Part shown: piece by piece, positions 58,500 through 64,000 of the stretch | How positions within the stretch are numbered: position 1 is the stretch's first letter | How the letters are laid out: each line of letters starts with the position of its first letter | DNA from: Selaginella moellendorffii | Lineage: Eukaryota; Plantae; Lycopodiophyta | Direction of reading: 5' to 3' | Assembly: GCF_000143415.4 (NCBI RefSeq) | Contig: NW_003314289.1 | Location: 1,606,293 to 1,670,292 of the forward strand | Length of the DNA: 64,000 nt | The notes under the pieces: generated by a model | The model's database searches: none | What the model was told of the DNA's origin: nothing | The model's input: the letters and a program-made list of their open reading frames with translations, nothing else | Made by a program: the position numbers and the translations under genes

Positions 58500-59335
58500 G
58501 ATGCAAGTCGAAAGGATGTAGACCTACTCTCAGGCACAGGGTACGTATTGGACTTCGAGCTTATGGCAGATACCGACTTTATGAACTTTGTCATCTGGAA
58601 GAGCGCCTCAGAGATGGTAAGCTATGCTGGACAGGCTATAGAACTAACAGAAGAGGAGGAAGCAGACTTGTGCAGCATGGATAAAGTCTTTTGAGGAAAG
58701 TTTCAGCCACTGGCATCTGTTTTGGAAATCATGATCTTAAAGGACGTGAGCCTGCGGGAGGCCGCTGCTTATGTCGCTGTGGGACTTATAACAGAGTTAA
58801 GTCACCCAATGAAGATATTCACGTTCTATGATGGGGTGTCCATGGTGGGTGTCGACGGAAGATATTGAGGAACTCGAGACGGTTGTAGTGCAATACTTCT
58901 GTGCTGGAGAGGGGTGCGTTTTCAGGGGCAACAAGGATACATGTGCTGCATTGTCTGAGGCTGGCCTGGGATGGACAGCTGCGGGGTTTAGTGTTCACCT
59001 GGATGAGTCTGCACCCAGGAGCTACTTTCAATATCAATACCAGGCAAAGGGTTTTTTGCGGAGTTCCTACCTGCAATCAAAGTGGTTGCGGTTGTCAACT
59101 GTTGTGCCTTTCCCGCCAGGCCCGGGTTTGTGCCTGAAGAACTTGGTAGCTCTATCATTCGAGAGCATGTGGTTTAAATACGGGGGAAAGATGGAGACAT
59201 GCCACTTATCAGACCGCTGCTGAAGGCTAATGGATGAAGCAATCTGCACAACGTGGATCTCAGGAGAAAACACTACAGTGCAAGGCATCCGATACGAATT
59301 GAATGAAGGGATGAAGATCCGGAGGTGTATGTGAT
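58500..59335 (+). pseudogene. Disrupted coding-like sequence of unknown family
   Basis: GC-normal, codon-like stretch broken into short ORFs by stops and frameshifts. No family recognised. Confidence 0.35.
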
Positions 59336-60599
59336 GCACATTTTGGAGCAGTATGAGTTTGTTACAAAGCCACTGGGCTCGACTGAGCTTGTGAAGACCG
59401 GTTCTGACGTAAGCTTTCTACTTAAGGGATCTTAACTTAAACCTATCATACATAAGCACTGATTTTGCTCGTTGCGGATGCTCATGTAAGGTCATTTTTT
59501 TATTAGCTTGAAATTAATTCTAGAGACCCTATAAAAGCAAAGTGTTCAAACTGTCAAAAGCTTGCCACCAACAAAAAGAATAGATGGCAAGAAAGACCAA
59601 AGAAAAACAGAAGGATGATTTGTATAAATTGAATTTTGTAAATGCTAGAGTGTATTTCTGCCACCATTATCCATAATGAGATTTGAATCTTAAGATTAAA
59701 TTTCTAAATTAGTCTAAGGTTGGACTAAATTAATTTCTAAAAACACTATAAAAATAGAGTTTCTAGTACTTTATGTCCAACACAACTCATTCTTCTTATC
59801 CTTTGTCCCTTTTTAATACTTTTTGTCATGTGTTCTTCTTTTAACAATGTGCTTTTTATTGATAGTTTAAACACTCTCTGATTGATGGCTTTTCCTATCA
59901 AGCATTGAAACAGCTATTCACTTATAATTTGAATTGTCAAGTGCTCTTTATTGATAAAAGAGGATTCTACAAAACTATTAATCAAATATAAAAATAATGA
60001 AGAAGAAGAAATGAAGTTGTATTGAATACTCCAAATAAAAAATCATCGAAACATTTCTTTTATAAGGGCTCTAAAATTAATATAGTCCATAATTCATAAA
60101 AACTTAATCTGTGTATAGGTTAATAGTCATCTCAAATGCCTATCTATATGCATAATAAATCGAGTCCATTACCAAAGGGCTAAGGATACTTGGTCATATA
60201 ATCCTCAATAAATACAAAGAAATGGGAAATATATAACATTAGCAATTGATATGCCAATGGTATATAATATGAGTTCTATTGCTTCCTCAACTAAATGAAA
60301 TTTTTGATTGCTATACAACTTAGTCAATATTCCACTCCAATAAGATTAATATTTCTCTAAAGTTCACTGAAAAAAAATTGTGCAATGGTGGGATTTAAAA
60401 ATGAAGGGCAATAGCAATGGGTTTGCAATTGTGGGGAATTTGCAATTGTGGGGAATTTTTTTGAGTAAAAGTTTGAGGTTAAAATCCCATTATGGAAAAT
60501 AATGATAAAAATTCACTTTAATAAAAAATAGCAAATATGTGACATTAATAGCTGCCATGATCTAATATTATAAGATTAAACCCACTTTTCCCTCTAAAT

Positions 60600-60810
60600 A
60601 TGCTAATTTTGAGGATGTTTTGATAAAAAGAGAGATGATTTTTTGCATCAAATTACCACCATTTGATCCCACTTACAATCTTTCACCAACTAAGTGAAAG
60701 TAGTATATAGATATATCAATGAGAATCTTTCTATTCAACATTCTTCATCTTTAGCCGATGCATTTGTTTTCTTTGTATCTAAGAAGGATGGGTCAATTTT
60801 TTGGTGGCTG
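60600..60810 (+). pseudogene. Ty3/Gypsy RT N-terminal relic
   Basis: IQHSSSLADAFVFFVSKKDGS resembles IRPSxSPxxAPxxFVxKKDGS. Confidence 0.55.
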
Positions 60811-62354
60811 ACTAACTTTCAGTATTTTTTGAGATGTTAGAGTGGCTCTTAAAGGATCGGTTCTTCATTGGAAGATTGATATATACAGCATTTACAACGT
60901 TTAGATAACAAGTGAAAGGAAACCTTTTATAATTATTATGGATATTTCAAGTATATAATGATATTTTTGTGTTTGATCAATATACATGTTATTTTTTAAT
61001 ATATGTGAAATAACATTTTCTCTGATTTCTTTAATCTCTTCATTGTCATTTATCTTGATGACATTCTCATCTTCTTTGAGACTTAATAAGAACATGATTG
61101 TCATCTTCACTTTATTCTTCAATGCACCACCTTTTTGCAAAGTTGAAAAAAAGAAATTTTAATCAAGATTCTGTGGAGTTTTTAAGTTTAACTGTTTCCT
61201 TACATAGCATCATCATGGATTACTCAGATTTCCATCATTCTTGAGTGGTAATGCTACATTTTGACCTTTAATATTAGACTTTTCATTTTTCTAAATCAGT
61301 TTTTTCTTACAATTCTCTACTCCTCTTGATCACTTACTAATATGTTAACTTTTAAATAGTACTAATTGAAGGTGATAGAAACTTTAGTTCACAGTTAAGT
61401 TTAAACAATCTCCTAATCTTAATACCCATTTTTACATTTCTATACATAGGGTGAGAAATAATACAACCTGTCTAATAGACAATAAAGTAAATATAGAAAA
61501 AACTTCACAAATATTAACAAAAAGACCGTGCCAATACTTTTAACTTCAATAGGCAATCCACTAGGTTGTGCTATTAAATCTTGATAATCCTTAAAATCTA
61601 AAAATATGGTTTATTGCAACTAAATCCAACTATAGAAGTGGATTATTCACAATAAAAACATGATATATCATAAATACTACTCCACCAGATTAACAATATT
61701 ATTTTTGTTATCAATCATGGGTAAAGTGGCTTGGTTCTTAAAATAATAGTTATATTTGAAACTTATCATTTTTATGGTGTTATTGTCATTAAATTATGAA
61801 TTGTCACCTTCTTGTGATTGCTAGGGTGAAAGATATGCTTTGAATATGACTCCAAATAGATCCTCTTTAGTTGTTCAAACTATTATCAAGTTTAATCAAT
61901 TCAGAAAGAATTTGCTCAAATGTCTTAGAAATGGTAAAACTAATTTTGTAACTTTTAAGAATGAACTATATGATGAATATACTTATGAAGTTTTTAGTCA
62001 ATTTTAAATTTATTACCAATAACAAATACTAAGTCAGTTGGCTGATGGTTATACCTTTTATTTTTGGCTGTTTGAGTGTATTGCTTTTAAGCAAACTAGA
62101 CTTGCCAAATGTTAATTTCAATATGAGACACAAATCCCTAAGCCCCAAAGTGGAACTAAAAGGTGCCACGTGGTAGTGACCGAAGTAGAAGCCAAATGAG
62201 TGTAACACATTTGAACTAAAAACTCCAACTTGAATAGTCGAGAGTGGGAATGGAACTCCTAATGAAATGCTCAAGGAATGAGTACGAAGTAAGAAGTAAG
62301 TGAGTTTCTAGAAAAGGGACACAAGAGGACTAACACATGACACATAAAAGTGTC

Positions 62355-62635
62355 AAGATGGAATTTGAAATGGACCTGAGATGGAGTCCAAGATGGACCT
62401 AAAATGGAGTCTAAAATGGACTTGAGATGGGGTCTGAGATGGAGTTTGAGAAGGACCCAAGATGGAGTTCAAGATGGACCTAAGATAGAGTTTGAGATGG
62501 ACCCGAGATGGAATCTGAGAAAGACCCTAGATGGAGTCTAAGATGGACCTGAGATGGAGTTCGAGGTCAAGACTGAAACCGAGACCGAGACCAAGACCAA
62601 AACTGAGACTGAGACCGAGTCCGAGTCTGAGTCCA
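62355..62635. repeat. Minisatellite: ~23-bp unit GAGATGGAGTCCAAGATGGACCT, then 6-bp CCGAGA/CTGAGA units
   Basis: Directly visible tandem array. Confidence 0.85.
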
Positions 62636-62987
62636 AGGGTGGAAGCCCAAAGCGTTCGTCTCCCAGACCCTGGGGGGTTTGGTGAGATCCAAAAGTATAG
62701 TAGGGGGAGGACTCCAGTAGAGCTAGTTGGCTATAAAAGGCTAGTGTGACCAAAAAAAGGTATACTTACGTATTGGGTGATAATATAATTACAAAGTTAG
62801 AGTGAATATAGATAAACAAGTGGGGTAGCTTAAAGAATTGGCTTTAACTCCCCTCAAAGATCAAATGGTTAATGCTTCCAATCTAAGTATGGGTGGCACT
62901 ACCTACTTAGATACCTAATGTGGCTCATCAGAACCTCTCTTTAGCCATATGGCTAAGGCATCTAAAGGCAAAAGGTGACGAGGCTTG

Positions 62988-63119
62988 TGTAAAGCCATGG
63001 TTAAATATAAAAGGAAATGGCTTATGAACAAAAGTTTTTTTTTTTCAATTGGTTAAGGGTGTTAAGATACTTAGGGTTAAGTGTTTACCTCTCAAGAAGT
63101 CCAAATTTAGAAACTTACA
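62988..63119 (+). mobile_element. Internally deleted Cassandra-like solo LTR
   Basis: TGTAAAG…AAATATAAAAGGAAA…CAATTGGTTAAGGGT…AGAAGTCCAAA…CTTACA. Confidence 0.7.
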
Positions 63120-63870
63120 TTTACATATGTATCTTTCCACTACTTTCATAGTATTGGAGCTAATTGACTCCTTGATCTTGGCATGGTGCTTGTTGGTAGG
63201 AGGTAGAGCATAAAGTCAATGGGAGATTGAGAAATTTCAACAACTTATATTAATAATTAAGTCACTATTGCATAATAGTTCTTTACAGGAATTTCTAACA
63301 ATTGGAAAGGATACTTATGGATATTCAAGTGTTTGAGGGAGTCTAGCAATTCATTATGCTTATAGCAAGATTTAAACTTTAGTAATGAACAAAAGTGTGT
63401 GCAAAGAAGGCCAAGACAAAAAACTATGTTTTAGGTAGTTTTTCATATACTTTTCTCGTCATTTCTCCATAGATTAGTTAAATATGATTTATTCTTAGAT
63501 TCAAGTTTGGATGAGTTGTTGGTTATAGTTATGAGTGGAAGTGTTAAAGATAGAAATGATGAGGCATATAGTTATGTCCATGTGGCAGTAACTTTCTTTC
63601 AAAGCTTATATTTACTTTATGATGGTGTTTAATTTTTATTGGTAATGGTTTGTTTCTTTAATTAGTGTTTTTTCCTCTGCCTTACTGTTCTGCTATCATA
63701 AGCATGATTTGATGTTTTCTTATAGACATGAAGCATGATGTTTTTTATGCTAAGGTTAGCAAATAAATAATGGACTATAACATTCCAGGCTCCTTAGAGA
63801 TCACAAGCACCAGGCCGTTTATCTTAAGTTTCTCTTTTTTGCAGGCAGAAAGTTTCTCCAATGTACTTGA

Positions 63871-64000
63871 TCTTCCCTTCTTGGACGAGCTCACCCATCA
63901 ATAAAGCCAATGCTTCAAAATCAAAACACAAAAATTTCTGCTGGTTTTGATCTTGAAACATTGGCTTTGTTGATGGGTGAGCTTGTCCAAGAAGGGAAGA
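63871..64000. repeat. Inverted repeat/hairpin, 57-bp arms and 16-nt loop (may extend beyond window)
   Basis: 63871-63927 is the reverse complement of 63944-64000 with 4 transition differences. Confidence 0.9.

Noticed and set aside
62355-62635. CRISPR-like array, or the SR/PR-rich ORF at 62531-62749
   Set aside because: Contiguous tandem units without unique spacers in a eukaryotic context; the ORF is a repeat translation.

Overview
Compact land-plant genomic window. Short ~50-60 nt introns, dense housekeeping genes and several PLS-class PPR genes suggest a lycophyte such as Selaginella; this assignment is inference. Gene-rich GC-normal blocks (1-5 kb, 21-59 kb) alternate with AT-rich blocks of decayed, nested transposons (5.8-21 kb, 59.5-63.8 kb). 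The standout is a head-to-head inverted pair of intronless DIT1/PvcA-family isocyanide synthase genes (53906-55468 minus; 56613-58161 plus), an enzyme family known from bacteria and fungi. The pair lies about 300 bp from an ordinary intron-containing plant RPB12 gene, which suggests a horizontally acquired plant isocyanide pathway. Also notable are a family of ~590-bp TRIM retroelements whose LTRs carry a 5S rRNA-like segment (Cassandra-like), a fold-back 25S rDNA relic with strong C>T/G>A decay, a Crinkler/RHS-like P-loop NTPase gene, an intact transposon-like orphan ORF, deletion-riddled gene duplicates and a 57-bp-arm hairpin at the window end.
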